A stretch of 64,000 bases of DNA from Coraliomargarita sp. (GCA_965216325.1 OZ244160.1:384001-448000), one strand, 5' to 3'. Positions 32,992 through 44,176 are shown, counted from the stretch's first letter. The notes: generated from the letters alone by a model not told the origin. Numbers and translations are program-made.

Positions 32992-35900
32992 ATGAACAGC
33001 CACTTACAACAGATTCCCTTACAGTACGACGAGACTCGCCGTGGATTCGCATTGGTTGTGTCTCTTAGTTTAATGGCGTTAGTGATGGTGATTGTTTTGG
33101 CCATGTCGAGTTTGGTCACTGTCGAGCTAAGAAGTTCGACAAATGAGATGACGATGAACGCTGCCCGCGCGAATGCCCGCATGGGCCTGATGCTGGCGCT
33201 TGGCGAGCTACAGCAGAATGCTGGTCCGGATACCCGTGTCACCGCGCCTGGCGATATTGTAGCTGGAGGTGATGGTAGCCATCGAGCCACTGGTGCGTGG
33301 AGGTCTTGGGAGGGGCTGGATCATGATGAGACCATCGGTCTTCCGGGTTATGACGCCAGCCTGGATGACCCTGGCACGCCAGAGCAAGAGGGCTCCATTG
33401 CTCCAGACTATTCGATCAAAACCGTCGACTATGATGCTGATAACCCGAAACAGGGCCGTTTCCTTGGGTGGTTGGTTTCCGAGCAGGGCAGCTGGAGCGC
33501 CACCACTGCCCCGCAGCTTGACGAGCGTGCCGACAGCGTGCCTCTGCTCGCAAGCGGCACTCTTGGAAATAACACGGAGTTTATTGATAGCGAGGGTGAA
33601 ACCATTTCCAATGAGATTCATGTCATCCCCACCCCGATCAATGCCAACGAGGGCAGTTTTGCTTGGTGGGTCAGCGGGGAAAATCAGAAAGCCAATCTCA
33701 GCGCCCCCGCAACCACCCCGAATAGTAACGAAGCGTGGGATCAACACCTCACTTCCGCAGGACAGCCGGATGCCACGTTTTTTGGCTTGTCCACCCCTGA
33801 CGAACTTAGTCACGCAGTCTCCAACGATAGCCTCGACCTGCTGTCAAAAGCGGCAGAGGCCCCAGGGAAGCTGGGAGGCGAAAACTTCCACCACCTAACG
33901 GTGCATTCCAAGGGCTTGCTGACCAACACCGCTACCGGAGGCTGGCGGAGGGATCTTTCGCTAATGACAGAACAGTGGGATGTCCTGCCTGACACCGGAC
34001 TACCGTTCTACACCATTAAACCAGGGGTGGAAAGCTCGGCCGTCAAAGCGGTTCAGGATTATACCACCAGAAATCATCTGATTTACCCTTGGGCCGAAAT
34101 GGTGACAAACTATAGGAGCGCTGGCGACTTCCAATCACGAAAATCGGATGCCGTGACCTCATGGAGTGGTCTGCGGGATTTTTGCGTGCAATATAAGAGC
34201 ATCACCAGTGGTGATGCCAATGGCCAAGTCGTGATGCCCGCCAACAGAGGTGGAAAGCCGCGTCAGAATAGATGGATTGCGAGTTATGATATTTACGAGA
34301 TCCGTGATCAGAGTGATCGCTTCCCGGTGTTGGCGCGCATGCACTGGGTGTTTTCCTACTCATCCAAGAGAAATCCGAATCAGCCGGATGCGACCGCAGA
34401 CAATGCCTACATTGCCTGTATCGTGGCGACTCCTGTTATTACGATGTGGAATCCATACAACGTAACCTTGGAAGCTCACGATATGTCTATCGCTGACAGG
34501 CAGATGTCGCCCCTTTCGATTAAGGTTCAGGTTGGTGGCACGTCTTATCCCGAATACCCGATTTCTACCTATTGTGCGATGGCCTCTGGGGGTAATATAA
34601 GATATGGTAGAGTGGACACTTCCCTAGAGGATGAAAGCGGGAATAAGACCATTGTCTTTAAGCCGGGGGAAACACATATATTTACGCCTTATCAAGGGCT
34701 GGATGACCAAACAGGGGGCGGTGGCATCGGGCTGACACTCAGAAGTGGCTATCGCACCCAGCAGGGCTATCGTTTTGAGCTGTCAAATCCGGATACCGAG
34801 CAGCTCATCACAGGTAGTGCCGGAGATACGTTCAAAGTAGAAGTGACTGCTCAGGGAAGGCTTTGGAGGGATAATACTAATAGAGATCGGCCCAGTCTTG
34901 ATGGGTGGCGTTTGGGTGCCGATATTGAGTTCTGGGCGAGGGCAACACCTGGCGGCAACAAACGGATCGCCGCGTGGTACCATTGCATAACCAGCAGTGG
35001 AGCTGCCAAGACCTACTGGCCGGATAAAGACTTGGAGCTGCGAAACAATGATGAAACATTAGGGAATCTCGTGGGGAGATCGGATGCTTTTGCCGCATCG
35101 CTCTTCGGCTACAGGCTCTCGAATAACCCCAACATTCCATCAAAAGGCGTGCTCCAATGCAACCCTGTGGCCAACCGCAGCTCAGGTGATTGGTACACTG
35201 GCGGTGGCAATAATACGTCTTCTGGCCATGGTAGCGGGCACCCCGTCAATTGGCCCTATGATTTTAAATTTGTGATGCTGAATGGCTGGAACGATCCGGG
35301 CTGCCCCTCTGGCATTACGGATGAAACAACGGGGTATATTGGCCCGTCTCATCAAGCCGGCGTTGCCTTGGACCGTCTGGTGATGGCGCATGCCCCCCTG
35401 CGTCCGATCCAGTCACTTGCCCAGCTACAGCATTTAAATCTCCACCAGGGCAATCCCGTTGGCCCATACCCGTACAACATCATTGGCAACAGTCATGCGC
35501 AACCTCTATTTGATCCTGATGCAACCTTGCCCCATCGTGTTAGCCAAGGGAGCAATGCGGTAAAATTGTCTTTCTATCACCAATACGATGACAGCTACAT
35601 CGCAAACCACCTGTTGTTTGATGACTGGTTTGTTTCTTCGATTGCTCCGGATACCCTCGCATATTCTGCTACAGAAGATCGAACTTTAACCCAGGTTTAT
35701 ACCGATCACCTCACCGGTGTCGCGGCCTTGCCCAATCACCGCTACTTGCCAGCCAATCCGCAGGCAGATGCTGCTATACAGGCTGCGGAGGACTTGACCA
35801 CTACCACTGATTGGAAGCCCTGGTATCACATCGCCTCCAAGCTGGAGGTGCACGGCATGTTTAACATAAATTCCACTTCAGTAGAGGCTTGGACAGCTCT

Positions 35901-36684
35901 TCTTCGCCATCTCAAGGATGCAAAAGCTCCCATCCTTGACCGTGAAGGATCCATCAGTCTGGATGGTGGAGATGGATATCCCATTGGGCGTGATGCCCTT
36001 GCGGGGGAAGCGGTTGCGGGAGGCGGTACCAACAATTCAGGATTCACTGAGGCCACGGAATACACCGGATACCGACGATTCACGGATGAACAGATAACTG
36101 CATTAGCAGAGCAAATCGTAGAGGAAATCAAGGCTCGGGGGCCTTTTCTCAGTCTGTCCGAGTTTATCAACCGGCGCTTAACTGCCGACCCGGGGGAAGA
36201 AAACTTGGCACGCGCCGGCGTTATTGAAGCCGCCTTGCTTCATTTGTCCGAGCAGGGGGCAAGCTCAGACAACCCTTATCGGGAATTGCAAATGCTAGCA
36301 GATGAAATTACCACCCTCCCACCTGGCGATCCTGGTTATAGATTCCCATATGCAGCTTTGGGCTCCACCGCCTACGGATTCCCGGGCTGGACTCGTCAAG
36401 CGGATGTGCTGCGCCCTCTGGCTCCCGTTCTTTCTGCCCGAGACGACACCTTTACCATCCGCGCTTATGGCGATGTTAAGGATTTAAATGGTAAGGTGGT
36501 CGCAAAGGCGTGGTGTGAAGCGATCGTGAAGCGAAGCGCGGATTACGTTGACTCCACAGATGCAAGCACAGATCTGCCGGGAGCCGTAGGAGCTGATGAT
36601 AAATCCGTAAACTCGGTGAATCAAGCATTTGGACGTCGTTTTGAGGTCGTGTCTTTCCGCTGGTTGTCGGAGGATGAAGTCTAA
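32992..36684 (+). CDS. PilX-N-terminal / Verru_Chthon cassette protein A-like large pilin-like protein
   Basis: Prepilin-type cleavage RRG|FALVVSLSLM; ARANARMGLMLALGELQQNAGPDTRVTA; C-terminal RGPFLSLSEFINRRL, LSARDDTFTIRAYG, FGRRFEVVSFRWL. Confidence 0.8.
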   Translation: MNSHLQQIPLQYDETRRGFALVVSLSLMALVMVIVLAMSSLVTVELRSSTNEMTMNAARANARMGLMLALGELQQNAGPDTRVTAPGDIVAGGDGSHRATGAWRSWEGLDHDETIGLPGYDASLDDPGTPEQEGSIAPDYSIKTVDYDADNPKQGRFLGWLVSEQGSWSATTAPQLDERADSVPLLASGTLGNNTEFIDSEGETISNEIHVIPTPINANEGSFAWWVSGENQKANLSAPATTPNSNEAWDQHLTSAGQPDATFFGLSTPDELSHAVSNDSLDLLSKAAEAPGKLGGENFHHLTVHSKGLLTNTATGGWRRDLSLMTEQWDVLPDTGLPFYTIKPGVESSAVKAVQDYTTRNHLIYPWAEMVTNYRSAGDFQSRKSDAVTSWSGLRDFCVQYKSITSGDANGQVVMPANRGGKPRQNRWIASYDIYEIRDQSDRFPVLARMHWVFSYSSKRNPNQPDATADNAYIACIVATPVITMWNPYNVTLEAHDMSIADRQMSPLSIKVQVGGTSYPEYPISTYCAMASGGNIRYGRVDTSLEDESGNKTIVFKPGETHIFTPYQGLDDQTGGGGIGLTLRSGYRTQQGYRFELSNPDTEQLITGSAGDTFKVEVTAQGRLWRDNTNRDRPSLDGWRLGADIEFWARATPGGNKRIAAWYHCITSSGAAKTYWPDKDLELRNNDETLGNLVGRSDAFAASLFGYRLSNNPNIPSKGVLQCNPVANRSSGDWYTGGGNNTSSGHGSGHPVNWPYDFKFVMLNGWNDPGCPSGITDETTGYIGPSHQAGVALDRLVMAHAPLRPIQSLAQLQHLNLHQGNPVGPYPYNIIGNSHAQPLFDPDATLPHRVSQGSNAVKLSFYHQYDDSYIANHLLFDDWFVSSIAPDTLAYSATEDRTLTQVYTDHLTGVAALPNHRYLPANPQADAAIQAAEDLTTTTDWKPWYHIASKLEVHGMFNINSTSVEAWTALLRHLKDAKAPILDREGSISLDGGDGYPIGRDALAGEAVAGGGTNNSGFTEATEYTGYRRFTDEQITALAEQIVEEIKARGPFLSLSEFINRRLTADPGEENLARAGVIEAALLHLSEQGASSDNPYRELQMLADEITTLPPGDPGYRFPYAALGSTAYGFPGWTRQADVLRPLAPVLSARDDTFTIRAYGDVKDLNGKVVAKAWCEAIVKRSADYVDSTDASTDLPGAVGADDKSVNSVNQAFGRRFEVVSFRWLSEDEV

Positions 36685-36703
36685 CCTTATACTGTTCTAT
36701 ATT

Positions 36704-37405
36704 ATGTTACGTTTATTTATTGTTCTGATCATTAGCGGCTGGGTGACCTTTGGTGCGCTGCATGCGGATCGTACGATTCGAGTGCTCCATTACGGAGCTC
36801 CGAAAGATTCTCAATTAAAAGAGGCCTACCTCTACGGAGGGGGGGGGGCGCCTATTCACGTAGAGCTAAATCGCCATAATTTCTCATCCCAGATCGCCAT
36901 CGACCAAGCAACGGTCACCCTCAGAGTCCTGCCTGAGTTGCTCGCGGAAGACCAAGCCTTTCCGCAAGATGCCCCCAGCGTCGATATCCCACCCGATTGG
37001 CAAGACACGCTGCTCATTTTCTTTCACCGACCAGATCAGCCTCTGATGCCGATCAAGATCCACAAAATCAACGCGAGTGCCGGGGTATTCAATCCAGGCG
37101 AATTTTACTGGATTAACATGAGCGATGTCTATGTCGGCGGCATCGTCGGCGGTCAGAAACTGAGAATTGGACCATGGGATTCCGCAGTGATGAAGTGCCC
37201 CGAGGGCGAAATTGAGTGTACCGTCAAACTAGATTATTTGGTCAAGGGGGAAACCAAAACACGGGGGCTGATTCGCCAGATGTGGGCGGTTGATAAAGAA
37301 ACGCGGCAAGTGGTCTTCATCCTCAAACGCCCACCCCCGCGATATGCATCCTACTACGTGTTGCCCTTCCGTGATCCGCCCAAACCAGCAGCAGCGGAAC
37401 AGTAA
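36704..37405 (+). CDS. Hypothetical secreted protein downstream of the pilin-like gene
   Basis: Signal peptide MLRLFIVLIISGWVTFGALHA; starts 20 bp after the upstream stop. Confidence 0.65.
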   Translation: MLRLFIVLIISGWVTFGALHADRTIRVLHYGAPKDSQLKEAYLYGGGGAPIHVELNRHNFSSQIAIDQATVTLRVLPELLAEDQAFPQDAPSVDIPPDWQDTLLIFFHRPDQPLMPIKIHKINASAGVFNPGEFYWINMSDVYVGGIVGGQKLRIGPWDSAVMKCPEGEIECTVKLDYLVKGETKTRGLIRQMWAVDKETRQVVFILKRPPPRYASYYVLPFRDPPKPAAAEQ

Positions 37406-37511
37406 GCGCACGACACCATTTTCTTCCTTCAATCTTTTCAGATTTCTTCTGTTGCGATCACCGATACGGCCAATCCCATAAAAAGAAGGACTGATACTTA
37501 AGTATGACCTT

Positions 37512-38930
37512 ATGAATAACGAAATTATGAATAATAAACCAATCAATAAAAACTCAATACAAACAAGTCGTCGTTCCTTTATGAAGAAGAGTGCCGCCAT
37601 CGGCGCCGGTGCTTTTATACTCCCTCGCTTTAGCATTGGCACGCCTGGGCAGTCGGCAAACAGCAAGGTCAACATTGCCATGATTGGGGCAGGGGGCATC
37701 GCCTCATTAGCCTACCAAGGATCTAAAGGTGAAAACATTGTAGCGCTTTGTGATGTCGACTCACGGGCACTCAATCGGAATAAAGCGAAAGAGGCGCCCG
37801 GTGCCCAGACCTTTAAAGACTTTCGTGTGATGCTCGACAAAATGGGTGATGAGATCGACATGGTCTGTGTCAACACCCCGGACCACACCCACTTTGCCGC
37901 TACCATCGCTGCGATGGAGCGGGGTATCCACGCGTTTACGCAAAAGCCGCTTACGCATAACATCTGGCAGGCACGCACGCTGAAAAAGGCCAAAGACCAC
38001 TACAAGGTGCACACCAACATGGGCAACCAGGGGCATACCGGGGCGGGCATTCGCGGGATGCGCGAATGGGTCGAGGCGGATGTTTTCGGGCAGATCACCG
38101 AGGTGCATTCATTCATCGATGGACCGAACTGGAATGGTTCTTACTTCAGACGTCCCAAACTCCCCCTCGAAGCGTCACCCGTGCCGGACTATCTGGATTA
38201 TGATTTATGGTTAGGTCAGAATGAGTTCGTGCCATACCACAAGCTCTATCACCCCGAGAAGTGGCGCGGCTTCAACCGTTTCGGCACTGGCACATTGGGG
38301 GACTGGTTCTGCCACGTAGCAGACGCGCCGGTGTGGGCCCTCGGCCTTTACGATCCGGTCTCTGTCGAAGCAATTGAGGTGAACGGAGGCTCGGACCTGC
38401 TGGTGGCCGATGGCATGACACTACGCTATGTGTTTCAAAAACGGGGCTCGAAAGAAGCCTGCGTGTTCTATTGGCACAATGGAATCACGAGCTTGATGCC
38501 CAGAGATGCGGCCGATTGGGATTGGGATGTTTCCAATAGTTTTCCAGAGAAAGGAACGCTCTATCGCGGGGAGAAGATGAACGGATATACGAATCATCGC
38601 TCCAATGACCCGCGAATCACGAATCGGGAAAAGATGATGGAATTTAAAAAGGCCGGCTATCCTGCACAGAAATACCCACGGGTTTCGGGCGGACCGATTC
38701 GTGAGCTGATCAATGTCGTGAAAGGAGATCTTAAGCAAGCCGGTGCCAACTTTGACTACGCCGCTCCGTTCACCGAGGTGATGCTGCTCGGACTGATTGC
38801 CTCACAGCATGGTGGCAAGATCGAGTGGGATGCCGCGAATATGCGTATCACCAACCGCCCGGAGTTGAACGTCTACCTAAAGGAACCGGTGCGAAAGGGC
38901 TGGGAGTATGGCGAAAGTCTCTGGATCTAA
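37512..38930 (+). CDS. Gfo/Idh/MocA oxidoreductase, Tat-exported (paralogue 3)
   Basis: SRRSFMK; IGAGG, NTPDHTH, TQKPLTH, MGNQGH, GTGTLGDWFCH. Confidence 0.95.
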   Translation: MNNEIMNNKPINKNSIQTSRRSFMKKSAAIGAGAFILPRFSIGTPGQSANSKVNIAMIGAGGIASLAYQGSKGENIVALCDVDSRALNRNKAKEAPGAQTFKDFRVMLDKMGDEIDMVCVNTPDHTHFAATIAAMERGIHAFTQKPLTHNIWQARTLKKAKDHYKVHTNMGNQGHTGAGIRGMREWVEADVFGQITEVHSFIDGPNWNGSYFRRPKLPLEASPVPDYLDYDLWLGQNEFVPYHKLYHPEKWRGFNRFGTGTLGDWFCHVADAPVWALGLYDPVSVEAIEVNGGSDLLVADGMTLRYVFQKRGSKEACVFYWHNGITSLMPRDAADWDWDVSNSFPEKGTLYRGEKMNGYTNHRSNDPRITNREKMMEFKKAGYPAQKYPRVSGGPIRELINVVKGDLKQAGANFDYAAPFTEVMLLGLIASQHGGKIEWDAANMRITNRPELNVYLKEPVRKGWEYGESLWI

Positions 38931-38973
38931 GATAAAAAGTTGTAAAACTTTGGACTGTTTTCTTAAGGGGACT

Positions 38974-39025
38974 TCTGAAAAACGCCTTTTGGTCGCCGGA
39001 GGCGACTCAAAAGGCGCTTTTCAGA
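38974..39025. terminator. Long hairpin downstream of Gfo paralogue 3 (possible terminator or REP-derived)
   Basis: TCTGAAAAACGCCTTTTG-GTCGCCGGAGGCGAC-T-CAAAAGGCGCTTTTCAGA. Confidence 0.5.
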
Positions 39026-39304
39026 TTTAATGTTGGTTCGAGAGTTCGATGGTGGTTGCTGAGAAGTGATTTTTTCGAGTCATTCGAAGTTAATGGGTGA
39101 GATCTGGCCGTTCTGAGCGGCCAGATCGCCTATCATCTACAGGGAAGGTGGATCCCGACTTGTCCGCCGTAGCTCGAAGAGCGAAGGAGGAAGCGATATG
39201 GAAGGATTCTCTGAACGAGCCTAGGCAGATTTTTGCTCCGGCTGGCTCAAATAACAGTAAAAACCCCTCCGTCCCCGCAGACGGGACCACCTCCCCTTCG
39301 TAGC

Positions 39305-39938
39305 ATATCCTTCTACATAAGTCAGAGAGAACATCTATTGGCCCCTCACCAATTTCGGGCGCATCGCATTGGCCGTGTCCAAGTGCTCATGCTCTGCATT
39401 TCCAGCATAGCTGGACGGAGCGCGAAAGCGCGTAGATGGCGAACCGCCCCGAAGGGGTGATGAACCGGGTGCCCTTTGGGCAGGTGAAGAACAGACCGCT
39501 TATTTCCGCTGATTTTACGCTTATGATGGGGAACCTGTATTCTGGTTCATCGTCAATTACCGAGAAAGAGGTGCATAATGCCACTGATTCATCTTGGAGG
39601 CACCACCGGAGCCCTTCGTGAACGCGGTTCGTCGTGAACGAAAATTTCCCAGTAATCTTAGGCTCAGCATTCTTTAACCACAGATAAATATTCTTCTTAT
39701 ATACGTCGTGCTGTTCCGAGGAGTCTTCGACGACATGACCGGATGCGAAGCAAACCGGACCATAAGCGTTCAATAAGCCGAAATAAGCGGTTCCCAGCTA
39801 TGCTGGGTTTGGGCTGAGCGGTTTCCGCGCAAAAGGCAAAAGTCGACCACTCCTCTGAATTGGAGAAACGTATTAAAAATGCCTTTAATTGATCTAACGA
39901 GCGTAAATTAACAAATACAAAGATATGTAGAAGGATAT
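39305..39938. mobile_element. Putative MITE-like segment bounded by a perfect 15-bp inverted repeat
   Basis: ATATCCTTCTACATA (39305-39319) and TATGTAGAAGGATAT (39924-39938); no recognisable transposase inside. Confidence 0.5.
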
Positions 39939-40082
39939 CCTTCGCAGCCGTCTTCGCTCTAACCGAGCTACGCCGAGCCAAGGGGGAGGAGCTTTAAATA
40001 GTCGATTAATTACGTTGATTTGATAATCTAAAATGTAAGGGAATATGTCTGGGTGTAGGGGGGGCGTAAATAAAAAGATTAA

Positions 40083-40130
40083 ACACGGTCGATTGGCCGT
40101 ATTGACCGGGCTGTTCGTACTCTCTATAAT
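40083..40130 (+). promoter_or_regulatory. Operator palindrome 3 (40083-40102) plus promoter
   Basis: ACACGGTCGATTGGCCGTAT; TTGACC-17-TATAAT. Confidence 0.85.
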
Positions 40131-40250
40131 GCAGCGAGTAGTCAAGCATTCGAAAGTTGAGGCAACCTAACCGAGATTAATAATTTAGTGATTAAAAGTA
40201 CGAGGCAATCGAACCTGCGCCGACAATGCGGTCTTTTTAGAGCTGCCCTG

Positions 40251-40976
40251 ATGCTTAAGAAATACGGGATTCTGTCCGCCTGTTTCTGCCTGCTACAAAC
40301 CGGTCAAGCGATGGAGATGCCCCCCAAAGTCTTGACCCCAGATGGCAAAGCACCGAGCGATGCGACCGTGGTCTTTTCCGGCGGCAGCAAGGAGGCTCTC
40401 GTCAATGGAGCTGGGGAGCGCCTGGGCTGGCCGGTTCAGGACGATGCACTGATCGTCAATGGTGAGATCGGTGCCTATACCAAACTCCATTTTTCGGATG
40501 CGCAAATCCATGTCGAGTTTGCTTGTCCGAACGACGGCAAGCAAGGTGAAAGTGCCGGTAATAGTGGACTGTACATTCACGGGCTCTACGAGCTTCAAAT
40601 TTACAACTCCTACGACCAGAAGATCAAACCCTCGGCGATGCTTGGTGCGATCTACGGACAGTACATCCCGCCAGTTAATGTGGCTCGGCCCGCCGAACAG
40701 TGGCAGGTGTATGATATCATTTTTCACGCCCCGCGGCGCAACGAAGCGGGGCAGGTGAGTGAGCCGGGACGTTTGACGGCCTTTCTCAATGGTGTGCTGC
40801 TGTACGATAACGTGGAAATCAAAGAGCCCACAGTATATGGCCCACTCCATCACCAACCGACGCCATATTCCAAGGAATTATATGACAAGATCAAGAAGAC
40901 CGGGTGTGGGCCGCTATTCTTTCAGGATCACCATAGCCCGGTTCGCTTTCGGAATATTTGGATCCGAACTTTGTAA
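40251..40976 (+). CDS. DUF1080 protein
   Basis: Signal peptide from ATG 40251 (MLKKYGILSAC...); APSDATVVF, GNSGLYIHGLYELQIYNS, WQVYDIIFHAPR, FQDHHSPVRFRNIWIR. Confidence 0.9.
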   Translation: MLKKYGILSACFCLLQTGQAMEMPPKVLTPDGKAPSDATVVFSGGSKEALVNGAGERLGWPVQDDALIVNGEIGAYTKLHFSDAQIHVEFACPNDGKQGESAGNSGLYIHGLYELQIYNSYDQKIKPSAMLGAIYGQYIPPVNVARPAEQWQVYDIIFHAPRRNEAGQVSEPGRLTAFLNGVLLYDNVEIKEPTVYGPLHHQPTPYSKELYDKIKKTGCGPLFFQDHHSPVRFRNIWIRTL

Positions 40977-41119
40977 TGAGGCGCTTCGCGGTGCTTACAG
41001 AACAGACGCGCGAGCCTCTGGAGGCATGGATGAAACAACAGGGGGACGACGGTGCATCGACTAACAATAAGGGTAGTAAAGCCCATTAATTAAACATACA
41101 TTTACTGCAACCATACACG

Positions 41120-43852
41120 ATGAATATGAAAACGAAAACTGTAATGATGGCGCTTATGTCCGTGCTATTGTGCGGCCTCGCCCAAGCTGAGAATAAACCC
41201 AATGATCAGGAACTGAAGCTATGGTATGACAAGCCCGCGGTGAAATGGGAACAAGAGGCCTTGCCATTGGGCAATGGTCGTATTGGTGTCATGTTTTTTG
41301 GAGGGGTAGAAAGCGAACAATTCACCATGAATGAAAAGAGTCTCTGGTCGGGCGGCCCGGGATCCATGGAAAATTATCATTACGGCAATACTGCGGGCCC
41401 CGGGGGGCATGTTGCCAGTCTTGAAGCGGTGCGCAAAAAAATAAACGCCAAAGACTGGAATGGTGCCAAGCATGGTATGCGCGCACTGCGAGGAACCGAA
41501 CAAAATATGGGTGCGTACCAGACCCTGGGAAACTTTTACCTCGATTTTGGAGGGAGAAGAGGGACTACGCAAGTGACCACCAGTTCCGAAAATGCTCCAA
41601 GGGAGACTGGCGCCATGTTGTTGGATAAGAATGCAAATACAAAATGGTTTACCGGAGCTGAGAACAACGCCCCTTTTTGGGTGCAGGTTAGTTTGACTGA
41701 GGCCCGAGCCTTGCCGGAGTATTCGTTTACATCCGCGAACGACTCGCCAGACCGGGATCCAGCGAACTGGACAGTAAAAGCATCGAATGATGGCAAGAGC
41801 TGGACTGTTATTGATACCAGGTCTGGAATCGATTTTCCTCGCAGGAAGCAGAAGCTGTCATTCACGACCTCGAGTAAGAAAGCTTATGTGCACTATCGGT
41901 TTGAGATGGAGAATAACAAAGGCACTGAGATGCAGTTGGCTGATATTGGTGGCTTTAAATCGGATGATAGCAGTAAAGATGGGATAAGTCATTACCGCAG
42001 AGAACTTGATATTGCAGAAGGTACAGGTCATGTGACCTATACTAAGAACGGCATCAACTACAGCCGTGAATATTTTGTCAGCTATCCTGACAATGTTTTC
42101 GTGATCCATTTGAAAGCGGATAAGCCTGGCTCTATTTCCTTTAAAACCCGTTTTGACTTTGCTCACAAGGTAAGCTCTTCAGTCAACGAGGGTGTGGTCA
42201 CATCTTCAGGCTCCTTAAAGAACAAGCTCCAGCATGAGACTCAATATAAAGTGATTGCCAACGGAGGTACAACGAAGGATCACGGCGCGGGTATTGAGGT
42301 CTCAGGAGCTGATTCTGCAACAATTATTCTGACCGCAGGGACCTCTTACGTTGATGTCTACCCAGATTATCAGGGGGAGCATCCACATGATAGAGTGACA
42401 AAGACTCTAGCCGCTGCCACAGCAAAAGGTCGCCAATTGCTCAAAGCAACGCACCAGAAAGACTACAAGGCATTGTTTGATCGCGTTCGTCTGAATCTCG
42501 ATCAAAAACCCCAATCCAAACCAACGAATGAGCAGAGAGCATCCTATAATGGGGATAATCGCGCCCTTGAAAGGTTGTTCTTCCAGTACGGTCGATACCT
42601 GCTGATCAGCTCATCCCGTAAAGGGACGCTGCCTGCCAATTTGCAGGGTATCTGGAACAATAGTAACAATCCCCCTTGGACTTCAGGCTACTGGTACAAC
42701 ATCAACCTTCAGATGAATTATTGGCCAGCTGAGATGACGAACTTAGGTGAATGTCATCTGCCGCTTTTTGATTTCATGAACGCTCAACTGGTACCTGGCA
42801 GAAAAACAGCGGCTCAGTTTGGTGCCAGAGGATTTATCGCGGGGCATGGACAGAGTGTTTGGGGTAAGACAGGGCTGAGTGATTATTTTAATGCCTTCTG
42901 GGCACCTGCAGGCGCGGCGTGGAATTGTCAGCATATCTGGCAGCATTACACCTTCAACCAAGACAAGAAATTCCTGAAGGAGCTAGGCTATCCGATCATG
43001 AAAGAGGCCTGCCTTTTCTGGGTCGATTTTCTGGTCACCGATCCGCGGGATGGCAAACTCGTTTCCTCGCCTTCATTTTCACCTGAACACGGTAGGCACA
43101 GCGCCGGGGCCAGTATGGACCAGCAAATTGTATTGGAACTGTTTGAAAACACCATTGCAGCAACCGAGGTGTTAGGGGTGGATGCCGCCTTTCGGGATAC
43201 TCTGAAAGCGAAGCTGGCTAAACTGGATCCCGGACTGCGGATCGGCCATTGGGGGCAATTGCAGGAGTGGAAAGAAGATTGGGATGGCCGAGGTAATAAA
43301 CATAGACACGTTTCGCATTTATTCGCATTACATCCTGGCAGACAGATTTCTCCAGCGCTGACACCTAAATATGCAGAGGCGGCAAGAATATCTCTCAACG
43401 CTCGTGGAGATGGCGGAACAGGCTGGAGTAAAGCTTGGAAAATTAATTTCTGGGCCCGCTTGGCCGATGGCGACAGGTCACACAGGCTCCTCTCAGAACT
43501 GATGAAGCATAGTGTGATGGCCAATTTGTTTGACACACACCCGCCATTTCAAATTGACGGAAACTTCGGTGCGACCTCAGGCATAACAGAAATGCTTCTC
43601 CAATCACACATGGGTGAGGTGCACATGCTTCCAGCTTTACCTTCCAAATGGTCCAAAGGCAGTGTGAAGGGCTTGAAAGCTCAGGGCAATTTTGAAGTGG
43701 ATATAGCATGGGATGAGGGGAAGTTGACTTCTGCGACGGTAAGATCTCTTTCCGGTCTGAAACCCTTGCTGCGAATTTCTGGTACTGCCGTTGCCCTTGA
43801 TGACCCAAGGTTAACTGTTACTGGGATCACAAAGGATTTCAGTACCAATTGA
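41120..43852 (+). CDS. GH95 alpha-L-fucosidase-like enzyme with inserted F5/8-type domain
   Basis: [68 protein letters not shown]. Confidence 0.93.
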   Translation: MNMKTKTVMMALMSVLLCGLAQAENKPNDQELKLWYDKPAVKWEQEALPLGNGRIGVMFFGGVESEQFTMNEKSLWSGGPGSMENYHYGNTAGPGGHVASLEAVRKKINAKDWNGAKHGMRALRGTEQNMGAYQTLGNFYLDFGGRRGTTQVTTSSENAPRETGAMLLDKNANTKWFTGAENNAPFWVQVSLTEARALPEYSFTSANDSPDRDPANWTVKASNDGKSWTVIDTRSGIDFPRRKQKLSFTTSSKKAYVHYRFEMENNKGTEMQLADIGGFKSDDSSKDGISHYRRELDIAEGTGHVTYTKNGINYSREYFVSYPDNVFVIHLKADKPGSISFKTRFDFAHKVSSSVNEGVVTSSGSLKNKLQHETQYKVIANGGTTKDHGAGIEVSGADSATIILTAGTSYVDVYPDYQGEHPHDRVTKTLAAATAKGRQLLKATHQKDYKALFDRVRLNLDQKPQSKPTNEQRASYNGDNRALERLFFQYGRYLLISSSRKGTLPANLQGIWNNSNNPPWTSGYWYNINLQMNYWPAEMTNLGECHLPLFDFMNAQLVPGRKTAAQFGARGFIAGHGQSVWGKTGLSDYFNAFWAPAGAAWNCQHIWQHYTFNQDKKFLKELGYPIMKEACLFWVDFLVTDPRDGKLVSSPSFSPEHGRHSAGASMDQQIVLELFENTIAATEVLGVDAAFRDTLKAKLAKLDPGLRIGHWGQLQEWKEDWDGRGNKHRHVSHLFALHPGRQISPALTPKYAEAARISLNARGDGGTGWSKAWKINFWARLADGDRSHRLLSELMKHSVMANLFDTHPPFQIDGNFGATSGITEMLLQSHMGEVHMLPALPSKWSKGSVKGLKAQGNFEVDIAWDEGKLTSATVRSLSGLKPLLRISGTAVALDDPRLTVTGITKDFSTN

Positions 43853-43878
43853 GAAAAATTCAAAAAAGGTGATACTCC

Positions 43879-44175
43879 ATGATTACCCAAAAAAGAAAAA
43901 CCATTCTAACGTTAGCTGCCCTGGCCTTTGCCGGTCAATTGTCAGCCGCGGAAACTGCCGGCACTTCTCCTAACGTTATCGTCATTTTCACCGATGATAT
44001 GGGCTATGCCGATGCGGGTTGCTACGGCGCGCAAGATATCAATCCCCCCAACTTCGACGGCCGCGTCAGCTGGATCAAAGATTTAAACAGGGAAGTGAGT
44101 GCTTTCCCGACTTCAACACTCGACTGGAACGGACTCGATCGCGCCTGGCGTAAACTCAAAGAACTGGAGAACTGA
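43879..44175 (+). pseudogene. Chimeric sulfatase N-terminal fragment
   Basis: Signal peptide plus [24 protein letters not shown], then an unrelated 38-aa tail; no CxPxR motif. Confidence 0.85.
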
Positions 44176-44176
44176 A

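Noticed and set aside
37464..37475. Ninth operator upstream of Gfo paralogue 3 (ATACGGCCAATC)
   Set aside because: Only the left 12 bp match, with no right arm or phased -35; possibly a deleted remnant, so not counted.
39387..39981. Track ORFs 39387..39773 and 39697..39981 as real genes
   Set aside because: They run through repeat arms and show no recognisable protein motif.
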